DNA from: Laetmonice hystrix
Taxonomy: Eukaryota
NCBI GenBank assembly: GCA_965235115.1
Contig: OZ249436.1
Span: 35,838,001-35,902,000 of the forward strand
Direction of reading: 5' to 3'
DNA length: 64,000 bases
Both the position numbers and the translations under genes were made by a program. Each line of letters opens with the position of its first letter. The first letter of the stretch is position 1. Positions 1-14,999 of this stretch are shown here, piece after piece. Under the pieces are notes generated by a model. The model worked only from the letters and a program-made list of their open reading frames with translations. It searched no databases and was not told the DNA's origin.

Positions 1-3000
1 ATTGTACAATATGGTGAATGATTCATGGCTCCAATTCAGATGGGTGTTGTTAGGTGTAGGAGAAAGAACTAATCGGAAAGTCTGCCAGGGAATAGAGTGG
101 GAAGGTTGTGTACTCCGGAGGGATCCCGTTCGTTCTCGGCACGGCTGACCTGCATGAGGGACGGAGACATCGTTCTGCTCGGCGCTCCGATCATTCCGAT
201 AAGGGACGATCGATATGTGTTGGGCGCGTACATCGGCCGACGGTTTATTGTTCAAAACGAGATTATGGCCGACAGGATAACGATATCGGCAAGTCGGAGG
301 CACAGCCGCGCATAATTAATGGCGCGTATTATTAAAAAGATACCTCATATTACACGCTCTATGGGGTTGAGCCAGACTTCCAGATGGAATTTACACTATA
401 TTTTTCAGTGTACACTGATACACCGGGATTTCCTCTTGTTTTTTTGTTTGTTTTTGTTTGGTTTTTTTTGCCATAAGTTGGCTCCCTCGTCTTCGAGATG
501 TAGAGTCCATTTACCATCAGACATGGCACAAAGGCAAGGCTTCACCGTGAAAACTATACGTACTGTCTTTTTCTAATGAGAATAAAGGTCATACATATAC
601 CGGTATATGTGCTGCCATAATAATAGAGGCAATAATGCATCAGTTTAAGGGCTCCATATCCGTTGTCGTCAACTCAGCACTTTCCAACTGACCATCTGCA
701 TAAATATTTTTAAATGTAAGTCATTGTATGAAACTGGTAAAGCCAGTATTTCTGAATTGATGATTCTTTAGCCAGTAGCCATCTCGTAGTGACCAATCTC
801 ACTAACCTTATAATACAGTAAGTAAGGAAGATTTATCGCTTGAAATTTGAACAATCCACCCACATCATTTTAAAGGTGGTATACATGTATAAACAAATTG
901 ACAGTTACTTAAAAGGGTTAGCCATCATTCCAGGATGTTGCATTGATGTTGGTGTTAGAATACGTTACCACAGCGCGATGTGGTAAACAGGAAATGTCGG
1001 TTGGGGGGTATATTAATTTCATACAGTGATATGTATCCATGCCTCCTGGTGACATATATAAATACGTACATATATCCAGCCGGAAGGCAGATCTAGGAAA
1101 TTAAAAGTGCCAACTCGCTGAGTTTAGAGAATTCCGTTTCCATCCCCCAGAGTGCAGGCTTGATGGCCCAGAAACAAACAAGCGACACAGGCGCGATCAA
1201 TAATTGGCTTTCCATTTCAAGGCTTGCTTTAATCAGAATAATATTTTGCGAAACAAGCTTCCCAACAGGACCCAGTGGCCCAGTGGAGGATCTGTGCACA
1301 TACGACGGGTATCCTGTGTTCTTGTAGTATTTGCTGGTTTAATAAGTTTTAACGGTAATAGATATTTATATGCTACGAAGAGTGTTAGCTTGGTCGTTTG
1401 TAGGGTTCCATCTACATCAAGGCTGCAGCAAATTCGTAGTTACCTGGTACCCATTAATTTAATGCATACTTTAGAAAGGGCTGAAGTGTTCCTTGTCTAT
1501 AATTAGAAACGGTGCAAGAATTCTTTCGCTTTTTATCAACTTTATTGGAAAGATTTTTAGTGCTTAGTCTCAAGTATTTTTAGTTGTCTATTGTGTTGGA
1601 AAAGAGTCCAGTATTTTGATAGTTTGTCTAAGTATCAGTAAAGGTCACCAGATTTTCTGTATAATCTACCAGTATATATTAGAAACGGTTCAGATGTTTG
1701 TGGTTGTGCCAGATATCTGTAATGGTTCAAGTGTTGTGTAGTTGCTCCATATTATCCGACAGGTCTGAAGTGTTTGTGGTAGTTCAGATAAGAAAGTGCT
1801 TATTGACCGAGTCAGGCAACATACCGGTATATAGACACCGGTCAACTCCTGTGCTCTACCCATCTTAGTTCACTTTTGTGGACTTGTACCAAGTACAAAG
1901 TTTAGATTAGTATAAAAATGAAATGCAACCTACAGATTGATCACCCTTACGAAACAGCCTTAAAATATGAGAAATAGAGGTTTGCATTGCATTTCTTAAG
2001 GGAAACTTACTTTTGACAGAAAGTATCTAGGGTTTATCGTGTTGAGATCAGATTAATTTTCTTTTTAGACTTCATGGCTAGTGGTTTTCAAAAATGAAAA
2101 TGGTTTGTGGATATTATGTATGATTTGTTTAGAAATACCCAAGTATTTAGAATCGACTTTAATGTGTTGGATATTTAAATGTGGGTTTACCGATAATGGG
2201 CATGATAATAAAGGCGTATATTTTATTTATATTTACAGGTGAGTTTGGTGATTGAAAGAATCAACTGGAAATTTCTGCAGTCTACCTTGAGTTGATGAAC
2301 GTTCAGGCATAAGAGCAGGTAAATTGAGTGAGTGTCTCTATGTAGTAAACAGTTTTCTTCTGAACTTCTTTTTGCTGAAGGTATAGTATGCAAGAGGCCA
2401 CCCAAAATGTCAATGACAGTTGTTGTGCACGTTACATGAGGAATTTTGTTTCGTAAAATGTTTTTTATGAATCAAGTAGTGGCTCCTAATACTTGTCACA
2501 CGATATTTAGAAATTTAGAAGATGTTACTTGTGCAGTCTAAACTGAAGACGTCCTGTCGTATATGTTAGTGATGATCCGACCACATAAAGGAACTGGTGC
2601 TGGTATATAAGATGTCCTGTCCCAGATTACCAGGTCCTGTTCACTTGGAATTGAGCCTTGCATTCGTGGTGAAAAAGGATCCTCGTGTACCTCAGACAGC
2701 TCCATTTCCTGGAGAATCTTTTGCCGGGAACAATTTTGGCAACCAATTAGCTGTCTGAAATTTGTGGCAGGACTTTGTCATTACAGTGACACTGTTAATT
2801 ATAAGATTTACCAGAAATAGAAATCACCATGACAGCTAGGGGAAGGATGCTTTTTTTTCTGTAATTACAAAACTGGCCATAAGAAACCAAATCATGTTGC
2901 CTTCACAGTCTGTGCAGGGATTCCCTTCTCATTGGGCGCAGGAAATTATCGGCAGAAATCATAAAATATCTATCAGAGTGTGAGTTAGCGGGGATAAAGT

Positions 3001-6000
3001 GTTTCTTAGGATGCTAAGCTCTTAGATTATGTCCTTAAGATGCAATTTCCTTCACCTAGGGCACGATGACGATGTGCAAAGACCTTATATTAGGCACTCT
3101 GTGACAGTGAGTCTATTCAAGTTAAGATAACACAGCCCAGACATAACACTCACAGGGTAGTCAGAGGATTTCATGTAGCAACTTGAAATTTGATGTTTCA
3201 TTCGAGAGGGCAAATAAAGAAAACACTCTTGTCCGAGTAGTTTGAATTGCAAAATGCTCAGGAACGAAAGGATTTTTAACATGACCATTTCATTGATATC
3301 TGTGTGCTGTCTGTGAACATGGTTATATAGTAAGTAGTCAGCGGATATTTCTCGCTCCGTGGGGGGTTACTGTCTGTCTCCAAGTAGACCGACAAGTCTA
3401 GTTTTTCTTTAAAACCTATAGACATGAACAGATAAAATGGATTCAATTACTGACTTTACCTATCAGTGATCATACCTGCCGGGGCCACTTGACAGGTAAG
3501 TGAAGCCAAAGGGCTTCATTGGGGGCAAGTAAAAACCGGGCTAGGTGACCTGCATGGTGGATTGGATTGACCTGAGGCTTGAGATTGGCTGGTGAACGGT
3601 TTTAGTGGACCCCACAACACGTAGAATATCTATATCAAGGTTTCACAATAAGCTGGTGGATTACCAGTGTGTGAGAGGGGCAGACCGTGAACATTGCGTA
3701 GAAAAAGGGGTGAAATATCTTTATGTTGCTAAATTTCTTGTTTGATAGAAATACAAGAATCTAGAATGCTAATCAATGAGTTTGCAGAAATTCATGTGTG
3801 CCACTCATGGGTCTACGAGGTCCAAAGAGTGCTTGGTCTTGAGGAAATTCAGAAACGTTGGCCATGACAATTCTTGGTCTTGAGAAAATTCAGCAATGTT
3901 GAGAGTGGTCTTGCCTTTTCTTAAATGTGAGAATCAGAGAATTTCCAGTATGTGAATAGAAGCTGTATGTATTCCAAGACATTGTAAGCCCCAGGGCTTG
4001 GTGGATTCACAGTAAAACATAAAGGATTGCTTATCAAGGCGTATGAAAGTACTGTGGTATCCAGAAGGAGATGCCCTCGTCTTATCCTAGGTTGCCATCC
4101 TGCCGCCTCTGTGTTCTGTATACGGTGAGATACGACAGGATGGGCCTGTGCCCACACGATGAAACAGACATACTGGCAACGGGCGATGGTGGAACTGGCA
4201 CCGACCAGTTTAACTTCCTGATAATACATTCCGGGGCGACCAAACCCGGACGGCTCTAACACAAGTGCTTTTAACACATTGATCTGTCTAGCCGCGCTAA
4301 GTCGGTGACCTGTCTGCCGGTCGGTCCAAAGGATTGATCATGGCTAGAATCTTAAATGGTTCTGGACCCTTTGTTGAAGTCTTATATTGTATCAATTGAA
4401 ATTTTACAATATTTATGACACGAACATGCACAGCCTTATGAAGTGGCCAGCAGTTGATGATTTAGACCACTTCTATAGTAGTTCCTTTTCAGAGTTTTCT
4501 AAGCGTATTTCCAGTAGGTAATAAACAATGCTTCCTGTATCTCAGTGATAGCAAGATAAAGATAGATATACTTTTCTTCTCTACGTTTCCTTTTTAAGGT
4601 GGTTTTCATTGGGCCGCGTTTTGTATTCACCAGGAAGCCATCGGGCAACCTTTTGAAATATGCATGCTGGTTAGTAGTAGCCAAAGGTCAGCAGCCCACG
4701 CGTTTGTGGACTTGGTCATGTCAAGCGCCATCTAGTAGTAACATTCAGACCCCATGAGGTCACAACATGTCCCATAGAAGTGTTCGTGTTCAAGAATAAC
4801 AATCCGTCATGGCTATTGTAGCCGTGAATATTTGTAACAAGCGGTGCTGTGATAGTAAACCAACGTTGTAGTCTGTGCTGGAAATCTCCCTGATAACTGT
4901 GGTAATTTAGTTCAAAAAAGATTATTTCTCTGGAGGTTGATTGAAAAATACAACACTAACATTTTAATAAATTTGCTACAAAACGGCACCCTACTAACTG
5001 AGGGATTTTTTTTTATTATTTCTTTTTTTTTTTGGGGGGGGGAACCATAACCGGAATTGCATTTATTTTTCTCAGCACACACAAAGGATGTGAAGCGGTC
5101 CCGTTGCGAGAACGTGGATGTCATTTGGCCATCGACTCCCTTTCCTGGTTGTTTTATTAAAGCAGGCTGAATAGTGGCCTCATTGGTAATTTGGATACTA
5201 AAATGGCCATTTGAAACCAGATTATAAGCAGAAGGAAAAATGAGTTAACAAATAGTTAACGTGACAAATTGGCTTCATTTGCCAATTGTGCACGTTTCCC
5301 ACAAACATATTTGCTACAGAGGATTTAATAGTGCAGGAAGATCAGCCGTGATTAATGGCAGGGTTTCCGCCAGATCGTAAAATGGGTATAATTCCATACC
5401 CTAAAACTTCGTAAAAATTGAAGGACTGCCCGACCTAAATTGTGCCTCTGACTGCTGACAACTTCAGAGTATAATAGTGAGAGATCTCCCACAGCAGCTG
5501 AAAAGAAAGCGACAACATTTTGGACACACCCACTCAATGTTCCTCATAGACTGGGGTAAATACACGTGTAATGGGCCAGCTAGAGAGGAGGGCCTTATGT
5601 TGATAACAACTTGTCAGGGTGCCGGTAAGGTATCCCTGGTGGTACCTTTGTTGTGCACTTCTGAATAAAATGCAAAACACAAATGAATGTTAAGAATATA
5701 AAGAAGAATTTCAAACGTGGGTATCCTGGAAAGGGATAAAAAGTTACCAATAGCCCATATGTTACGGACGTATCCTAACATTACGTGTATGAGGCCTCCA
5801 GTGTCGTATTTTTTAGACGGAGGCTGGTTGGAGCAAACTACAGGCAATCGTTCGCTGTGATTGACAGGTATCACTTGTACCTGTCCGAGGTAACGGCTGC
5901 AGGAGCTCTGAATATCTACTCCCACAAAAATACTCTTAATATGACGTGTTTTAGTACCTTACAGTTTATACTACAGTAAAACCATTGGCCATAAATCATT

Positions 6001-9000
6001 GAATTAAGTGAAATAGGGTGACAGTTATGCTAGCTGCCCCTGTCGGAAATATCAGACTACAAGATGGAAAATCTCACACCTTATACAGCGACAATATGGC
6101 CACACGAAACAGACATGCCCCATCAGGGTTACATTCGAAATCCAGGATAAGACCTGACCAGGTGTGTTATTATTAACTTTTTACGGTCAGTAATTTATTA
6201 TAAATTGTTTAAAGAACCGTTCGTGCTGTGTGTTGGATGATTTTGTGCTGCGTTAGTGGTTTGAAAACGCTGACATGGCATGTAGGGAGTTTCGGTTCTA
6301 CGTGAACTGTTGATTGCCAAACTAAAAGGTCAGTGCCCCCTCATCGGTGGAAGACTGTGTGTAGGATTCACTGGAGAGGACACAAAAAAATAAAGAAACA
6401 ACCAAACAAAGAAAAATACCGCAGAGAGTGAGTTGGGGGGATCACGCATTGTTTCACTTTCATGTAAAATGAGACAAATGGACAGGTGTGATCTGAACGC
6501 AGGCAGCAGTGAGATGAGGGGAAGTTAAATAAATATTGTCGAATGTATTACAGCTTGCGATGGAGTCGATTTAACGTATTGGGGTCATTAATATCTTGAG
6601 GAACACTTTATTTCTCTCTAAAATTAAAACCATTGTCCCTGTATCGTGTGGCAGGGGGGGGGGAGGGAGGTCGGAGGAGAGAAGCGGTGTGGCAGGAGTT
6701 TGTGTCCATATATAGGCAGTCTGAGTGATGACAGACGAGTAGCTCTGCCATCGGCGCCACCGCTAACAACCACCGCCGATAACAGAACTCGGCCGGATTA
6801 GGTGCCCTAATTGATGCCTTGGAGGCGACACATTGCTCAACAGTCATTGCCCCCAGGTGGTGGTGGTGTTGGTGGTGCTGTGTGTCTGGTGAGATTATCC
6901 TGACACGTCATTCGTAATCATCCCTGTTGTTATTATTAAAACCCTTTCTTTGCTCTGGGTGACTTTCGCCAAAGTTGCATAATTTTTTTCAGCCAGTGGG
7001 AATTGAATAATACACATGTATAGGACGAATTTCGCATTAACCCTAATGATATTATGTAAGAGAAAGAATGCTGTACGAGAGCTTTAGTGAATAGTCGCAC
7101 TGTTGAAAGTCACTTCAAAAACATGGCTGACAAGAACATGTCGGGACACTGTCGGACAGTCTACATTTGAATGTATTGTGACGTACTTTGGGCCTCCTCT
7201 AATATATCGATTCTCAGAATGTAACATTTTCTTTCTTTCCTTTTTGAGTACACTCCATAGCTTCGAGTTATATTCTGCGGACAAAGGTTTCTGTCTAGCT
7301 ATACTGCGTACAGCAGATGTCTAGAGATATTGTGTGGCGGAGCTAGGCTGTCTGCTTGCTAGGCGTGAGCAGCCGTAGGTTGACTGATTGTATAACTCCC
7401 CTTACTGTGGTGTTCCAAAGCCGACTACTGCAGTCTGATACAGAGATCCCTTAATTAGTGATCACTCAGGTGTGTACTGGCAGGCAGAAGTAGACAGCTG
7501 CTTCATACCTAGATTAACACCTTCGTCTGGTGACAGATGGACACTGAAGGACTGATAACCAGGGTCATCAAAAATGGAAGTCTTTCTTCCGATTTTGGGG
7601 CTTACAACTAGAACTAGCATCAATCACTTAATTTTTTTTGGCGTTTGATATGGTAAACTGTAAGACAAATCGAACTTCACCACGTTAAACTCTATTTGTG
7701 CTGTAAACAAATGCAGCTTATAGAACAATTTCTCTGGCACCTGGTGTTTATGTTTACATTTACATAGGGTTCCTAGGTCAAACAAAAGTTCGGATGCTGG
7801 CATGGCTTTTCTCGCTTGGTGTTGGTTGCATATGTTATCATACTACCGTTACCAAAACAGAGGAAATACCAGATCATAACAGTCAGTGAAGATGTGAAAC
7901 AGAGCCCCAGATTAACAATGTATGGTATGCTCTTCTGAAAAGTAAAGTTAAGAATTATTCACGTAGAATTAGAACGTAATTAATCATGCGCAATGGTTGC
8001 AAAAGTTGTGAATGCAAGAAGTACCAGGTCTGTTTATAAATGCTCTAAGTTATAGAAAAAAGTACCAAAATAATTCGCAAAGGAAAGAAAATAATATCGT
8101 CATTGCAAAGCAGTTAAAGATCTGGGATTCCCGTTGGAATCCTGTGCTGCAGGTTTTACTGACCGTCAGATGGTAGCGGGTGATGAGTAAATGGTGCGAC
8201 AGGTGGGTGGGAGATTGGCCTCTAGTTATCAGACACCTGCACACCTGGCTGGCTGCTCTTAGAGCTCACCTGACCAGGTGTATTATTAGGCTCAGGTAGG
8301 GCAGCCAGACTCTGGACCCCCCCCCCCCCCCCCCCCCGCCTGGCATCCATGAATAGTGAATCACCTTCATGGGTGATGACACCAATCCACCTTTAATACT
8401 TACGACTGAGAGCAAGGTCAAGGCCATGGTGGGGTCACCATTCCAGCCAGACTACCTTGACCCGGGTTATCGTGCGCTGCCAAGTCCATTAGACTAGCAT
8501 TTAAATCAAGGGAAATCTATTGATGTACAAGTCTGGAGGTCTTCTTGTTTTATTTCATTTTGAGCAGTGGAAACCTGTAAATGCTTGTCAATAGTGATTA
8601 ACTGCCTAAACTAGATAAAAAACGAATGATTAAATATACCAAAGGTCAAATATTTGGTTCAATGAAAAAATGATTCTTAAATAATCTGATGACAGATGAG
8701 TAGTTACAACTATTAGCCAATGTCTGGCATGGTTCAGCCATCATTCAGCCGCCTGTAGTAGGTGCAGGTCTCCATACTACAGGTCAGTCGTCTGGTCTGT
8801 CCCGGGCAGAGGGCCGACCTGCCCGCCCTGGTCGGCAGTGACCCGGGCCCTCTCGCGGATGAGTCATCCACCTTTATCACCTGTTTGACACGCCGGCCCG
8901 TCCTGACCAGCCTCTTAAGTACAAAAGCTCATGGTGACACGCGCCAGCTACCCCCAGGTAACGCTGAGATAAGGCTGGAGAGGCGGCAAGACCGGCTGGA

Positions 9001-11533
9001 TGGTGACACGTTATCCTGGCAATAATAGTGTTTGGCAGCCCATGGATTGGGGAGGGGCACCGTGTGGGGCTCGGTGAAGGGTTCCAGCTGTAGGGTTTAG
9101 TCAATCACCCAGCAACAGTTTCAAGATCCGACTAATCATTGTCTGATTCATGCATTTGTAAGTGTCATTACAGAGGGGCAGAATCTGCCAATGTTATGAA
9201 CACTGAACCGGTTCACAGACAATGAATTTGGCATGTGAAGTGTCTTGTGAGTCTAGGATGCCAAATCAGGTAAAGAGGGTTTAACTTATTGTTTGGTCCT
9301 GAGAGGATTTCTACCTGTTCCCTCGTTGCCTGCCGTGTTAGGACTTCCTGGTGTGTGTTTAGTTCGCCGGCACCAGGAATGACTCCGGCAGGGACTTAAT
9401 GGGCGTAGGAATTGGAAAGTACCCCAGTGCATGAATATAACATAGGTTCCTTGGTGTTACAGCTGCCAAGATTTTCCTAGAGTGGAAGTGTCCTGTGGTA
9501 ACCCTTAGACCGAAGTGGTACAGCATGGTGGGATTGGCAGTCCTTATATTTCCATCCTTTCTTTTTGTCTTGAATCTCAGGATCAATTCCATAAATATAA
9601 GAGATAATCTACCGACAATATCATCACGTGCCAAACCAAATCAGTTTTATGAAAGACACAGAACAAATCCATTTCGTCGTGTGCAGTCGATTTCCTGATG
9701 GTGCGAGAAGAATATATCTGTATCCGGGGACGATTTGGGACAGATCAATTGATAGTGTCTGATAGTGAAGATTAGAGCCGTGTATCAATAATGCAAACTT
9801 GTCAATGTTTGTAACTTCATGGCCATTGATATATTACTGTTGCACCAAATAGATGTGAGGAACATTAATGAATGGATCAGGAGTTGAAATTGGAAGGACG
9901 TGACAATGCTACCAGGGGTGATGGGCGCTTATATCAGGCACATTCCAGTTCATGTCGTGTGAATACGTGGTAAAATATATATTTGTTGAACTTTTCGTTT
10001 AAATCGCAGGCTACACCTGGCCACTCCACCTTTAACTCCTGAACAGTCCGTCGATAAGTTTGTTCACTTTTCACTGGCCCTTAAAATAAAAGCAGCGGTT
10101 TATTTTGTGCTCTCTGTCTATTTGCATGTTTAACCCGTTATTATATGACCTTTATTTCCGATTCAGACCAGTGTGAGCAGACAGGTCTCCATCGGGTGCC
10201 ACCAGAGACACTGACATGTCATGACTGAAGAGAACATATGTTCCCAACAGGACGATTATTTAGACTCAGTTTATAGCAGGAACTCGGTGTGGATCCACCA
10301 TTTATTATTCAGTTACATGCAGCCTCATAAGAATTTTTCACTGCATGATGTCGGCAATCTCAAATATTTTTTTACTGTTTTCACTTCGGTAATTTTCTGT
10401 TAGGCACTGCCATGTTATTACAATACGTACTGTATTGTTAGAGATGTCTTTGTAGCATTAATATTGGCGGCCATGACGAAGGTGTTGACGGCCTGCATCC
10501 AGCAGGGGAGATGTCCTGGGTTTCTTGGCTGTGTAGGAGAACTGATGCAGCTTCTCCTTGGGGGTTGTCGGGCAAGGTCATCGGCAGGAAATGCCCTTAA
10601 CCCCAGGTCGCCCTCAGTGGTCGGGCATTACCGGTACAGAAGGTCCCGACTAGTCAGTTTATTGGTGCTTGGCACACGCAGCACGACAGCAAGACAAATC
10701 GTTTTAAAGCACACCCCAGGGAGGTCGGTAAATGAATTCTGAAGTGAGTTTGAGTTTGTGTAAGGTTTAACGAAATATGGTCCCATATTCTCGTGTCGGA
10801 TGTCGTGAGGTATGTATAAACATGTTCATAAGATCAGACAGAAAACACGAGATTATCATGGTTTTTCTAGTTTTACATCACAGTCTTGCATCAGAGCATG
10901 TTATTTTTTTCAGGGTGCCTTACTGCTTATAGTGGGTACCTTACTGCTTATAGGGTAACGTCCTACATGATTATTTTCAGGATAGACTGGCAGTATTATA
11001 TCAGAACGGTTGTACAACCTTGACGTTCAGCCGTCATTATTTGAACGCATAGAGATTGCAAACCGGCATATATGAAGGTGATTGACAGCGTGGTTGGTGG
11101 GAGGGAAGGGGTCAATTTTTATATTGCCGAATTGATCAGGGCCTAATTGTGCAGTCTCCCATGATTATCATTAGGGCGTCTGATTGATGTGTGGACAATA
11201 TAACATTATAAAGTCGGCTGCAGGCCAAACACCGGGAGGGAGTCCGGATTATTAGACCAACACCCTCTAATGCTGATTGAATACAATGTATTGCCATTTC
11301 CGGATGATCCCCAGCGTGACTAATTATAACCTTGGATGGCGTGGAAAGGACACGTTTGATTAGGGTTATAACTGTTGAAAAGCCTCAGCTTAGATTGTTT
11401 AAAGGTAAGCTAACGGTTTAGATGGCCAAGCTGTTAATTTGCTTAACCTTAAGAGTAGAACGGAGCACAATCTACTGGTATAGCGTTCCCCTGTTGAACA
11501 GTTGAATGGGGACATATAGCATTGAATTGTTAA

Positions 11534-12061
11534 AGGGGCATGCTATGAAACACGTTTTTGAGGATTTCCGGCAATTATCCAACATGACCGTGTACTAGAG
11601 ATCCAAGTAAATAATCCTACCACAGCATTTTGTCCTCCGACGTGTTTTCGCTGCGTATGCAGCACAAGTAGGTTCTATACAACCAAACCCATAGATTTCT
11701 CCCGATAGCACATCTCCCGCCATAATTTGGTAGACAACCTACCATCAACCCGTGTATTTGCATACTGCGTCACATCCTGCGTGTGCACTCTCTGCATGTG
11801 CTTAGTCACGTGCTTCGTTGAGTTGTAAACAATTCAGCAGTTGCACTCGATCGTCTGGCATCAGAATGCCACCCAAAAAATATTTTATGAAATAGGCAGA
11901 GAAGCAGGCGAGGAAGCTTAATAAACTTTGATTTCTCACGCAAAATGAAACTGATACGTCTGTCTTTGTTTACCAAGCAATTTTAATGAAGGATCATTTT
12001 ATGAAAACAGCACAAGTTCTTTGAAATACAGATTTTTCACGTTTCCTCATAATATGCCCCT
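11534..12061. mobile_element. Non-autonomous DNA transposon (MITE), Kolobok-like, 528 bp
   Basis: TTAA on both sides (11530-11533, 12062-12065). Imperfect TIRs aggggcatgctatga.. / ..tcataatatgcccct. A TTAA TSD with AG..CT termini fits Kolobok rather than piggyBac. Confidence 0.8.
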
Positions 12062-12428
12062 TTAAGGCAAGAACGGGAAACCACTTTCAAATTGGAGAGG
12101 CATTTATGCTCTGTACATGTAATTCCAATTTTCTGCGGATGGTGCAGGTCGATTGGACTGATAATGGTGGTATATTTAAATGTTACTCGGCCTTTTATTG
12201 ATATACTGAAAGACTTGTTTAATACATCGTCCTCATTGTGGCAGCATACTCTATATATACATGTTGCAGTGGACTATATACCGTACATGTCAGCAGGTGT
12301 TTACCTATTGTTGAGTGCAGCTTGAAAAAGAGTTAATACATAGTGGTAAATAAAAAAATACTGGTACATCTTAAATTAGTATAAGGTGGATAATACAGCA
12401 AAGTAATGCCCGTCATGTGTGTCTAAAA

Positions 12429-12736
12429 CAGGGTCCCACGGTCATAAAAAGTCGTGGAAGATGAAATTTGGTTTTGCAGACCGTAAAGTCATGGAAAATA
12501 GTCAAACGAGGGAAAGTCATGGAAAAGTCATGAAATTTGAGATTTCTCTTGAACCACATTTTTGTTTATGTTAGGCCTAAATTGTAAAGTTTCACAAATT
12601 ACTAGGGGGCAATTCTGGGATTTTAGTGCATTTGATTCATTTTATCCGGAATTGGTCATGAAAGTTGGGAGTTTTGGTCTTGATATGTCATCTAAAAGTC
12701 ATGAAATTTCAATATGGCCAACCTGTCGGAACCCTG
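12429..12736. mobile_element. Non-autonomous DNA transposon, hAT-like (CAGGG termini, 5-bp TSD), 308 bp
   Basis: TIRs cagggtcccac / gtcggaaccctg, with taaaa flanking both ends (12424-12428, 12737-12741). Multiple internal aagtcatg(g)aa subterminal repeats. Confidence 0.7.
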
Positions 12737-13801
12737 TAAAAACATTGTTGCTGGGTGTTTTGAAAAGCAAGGTTAAACTGGAATGCTGGGGGGGGGGGGG
12801 TATGTGTTGCATCGTCCATTCGAAGGTGTTGGCCCTTTCATAGTGAGATGTATGGCGGCAGCGATACAACAATCATGGTGGCTGCAGTAACGTGTGAGGC
12901 ACGCTGACCCATTGTCGGATGTGTCTATTTCTTACATACCGCTTCCATCTGTTACATATGCACCGGGCCGTGCCTACTGTACCTTGTGTCAGGGCCGCCT
13001 CAGTCTGGACCGTGGCCAGGACTAACTACAACCTGTAATGGGTTTCGAACACTGGTATGAGTATCAGAGACAGCTTACGTACGCGCTGTTTGGTGTGAAT
13101 AGTCAGTCACCACTGGGACGGAGGCTGACTCGCAGACAAACACAGGAGGCGCCGGTCGGGTGGCTGATGGAAACTACTGATTCCATTCACAGATTACAGG
13201 GGATAGAGTCGGGAGAAAATATTGCTCTCAGATCTGTCCACAAAACTGCGTTTATCAACTGAAGCTTTTAATCTAGACATGATACAGTTTGTATAAATCG
13301 TTTGTATAAATCGTAGGAAGTAAAATACAGCATTATTACAGTATCTGGAATGGAAGACAGTCATGACATCTCAGTCCGGCATATTTCTTTGACGTCGACA
13401 GGTGGAACAGTAAGAGATCGACAGGCAGTATTCCTTGTCATCAACGACCATTGAACTGGAGTACTTGTCAGGGGAAAAATGGTATGTTTCTCGTTATCAG
13501 TTAACGGATGACTCGGATAGAGAATAGATAAATATTAAACTTAATAACTTTATTGATACACTGATGATTCATATTGTGGATCTACAAGCGAAAACAGGAA
13601 GCACGCATATTGTGTCCTTGCCTTCCGTATCTGGAATAGATAAGTGTTCTTAGGTTAGCAGAAAGTTTCAGTAGGGTTATCTGGCCGCATGTGTCAATGT
13701 TAGACTTGCGGTTTTCTTTGCCATCAATATCGAGAATACAATTTTTCTGGCATATTCTACGCCTGTGCGGCATCCTTTGCCTGCAGTATCTCAGTGCAAG
13801 C

Positions 13802-13836
13802 GCAGCAGCAGCAGTAGCAGCAGCAACAGCAGCAGC
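13802..13836 (+). repeat. Imperfect (CAG)n microsatellite
   Basis: gcagcagcagcagtagcagcagcaacagcagcagc. Confidence 0.85.
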
Positions 13837-14999
13837 TTTTCTTGGCTGTCATCCAAAGCTCCCTTGACTGTGGTGCCTCCCTGTTGTACACAGTTGTACA
13901 TCATGATGGCACAAAAAACTACTGCGCGCTACAATTCTGCTAGCAGACAATTGACAGGGGCAGACCTATGTCTAAAAATAGCTGATTCACGCGTACATCG
14001 TATACATAATGCTGCCAAGTGACAAACGGATAGATTGGATGGGGAGAATGATTTTGAAATATGATGAACCACATATTGAGCCAATGTATAAAGACTATAG
14101 ACCGTTTCTCCTCCCCACATGCCTGGATCTCATGTGTGTCATCAATAGGACCTTCGCCGGAGGATGTAGCAAGACGGCTATAGATTCGGAGTAAGATAAC
14201 TCCACTCAGCCACAATATTAATATCTGCTGTGTAAACACACGTATCAATACAGGAAGCAATGTCCTGGTGTATCAATATGTCTGCTTATATTCAAATGAT
14301 ATTCAAGTCAAGTAAAAACCAACAACAGGCAAATAAAATGAAAAGAGCTAGACAGAACTCATTTCAGATAACATGCCATGGGTGAATGAAGTTACGACAT
14401 TCACGCGGAAGTAGTCCGTTGTGTATCGCACAGTTCTTGGAAACTAAATTGACCACTTTCAAGACGTCCCTTCAGGGCAGCCGTATATTTCGTCCCGTCG
14501 TAATATGTTTGTGGTAGGGGACCAAAATGAGTTGTGTGACTCAGTGGCTGAGGGACTTGTTGACTGGGAACGGCCATTAACATTGCTGAGTCACTGTGCA
14601 GACACAACCCGCCGGCTGCACTGGTCGCCACGGACAGGGCACTGCTCTTCTCTACAACTCCATCAAATTAGGCCTGTCCTATTTATTGGCCATGATAGAG
14701 TTGGTTTTACCAGCAGCTCTGACTTTAAAGGGATGAAATATAGAGCCTCTCAGGCGGTACACGACTGTATTGGTGGGAAGAGCGTTTAAAGTAGAAGATC
14801 TATCAGAGACCTATCAGATATGGAGGCTCTTGAACAGAGAGACCCTTCAGACAGGAAAGATGGCAAGACGAACCGGATGGATACGACAGGCACTGCGGCA
14901 GACGCTGAGACCAGTCATGTACTTTGTGAATTCTGAGATATCACAGTTTAGCCGAGGAAAGAAAGAAGACAGCGATCCGGAGATAATCCTCTATAATAC

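Noticed and set aside
6640..6895. TATA/CArG-like ccatatatagg followed by a CpG-rich stretch as an alternative promoter
   Set aside because: The spacer is 7 A/T (not a canonical CArG) and the donors are weak. Unsupported without transcript data.
10473..10742. ORF MTKVLTAC...LLVLGTRSTTARQIVLKHTPG as the missing MAP1 exon 1
   Set aside because: Only a faint resemblance to LIVLGEP...ILQH..KG. The nearby donors are phase 0 or 2, not the required phase 1.
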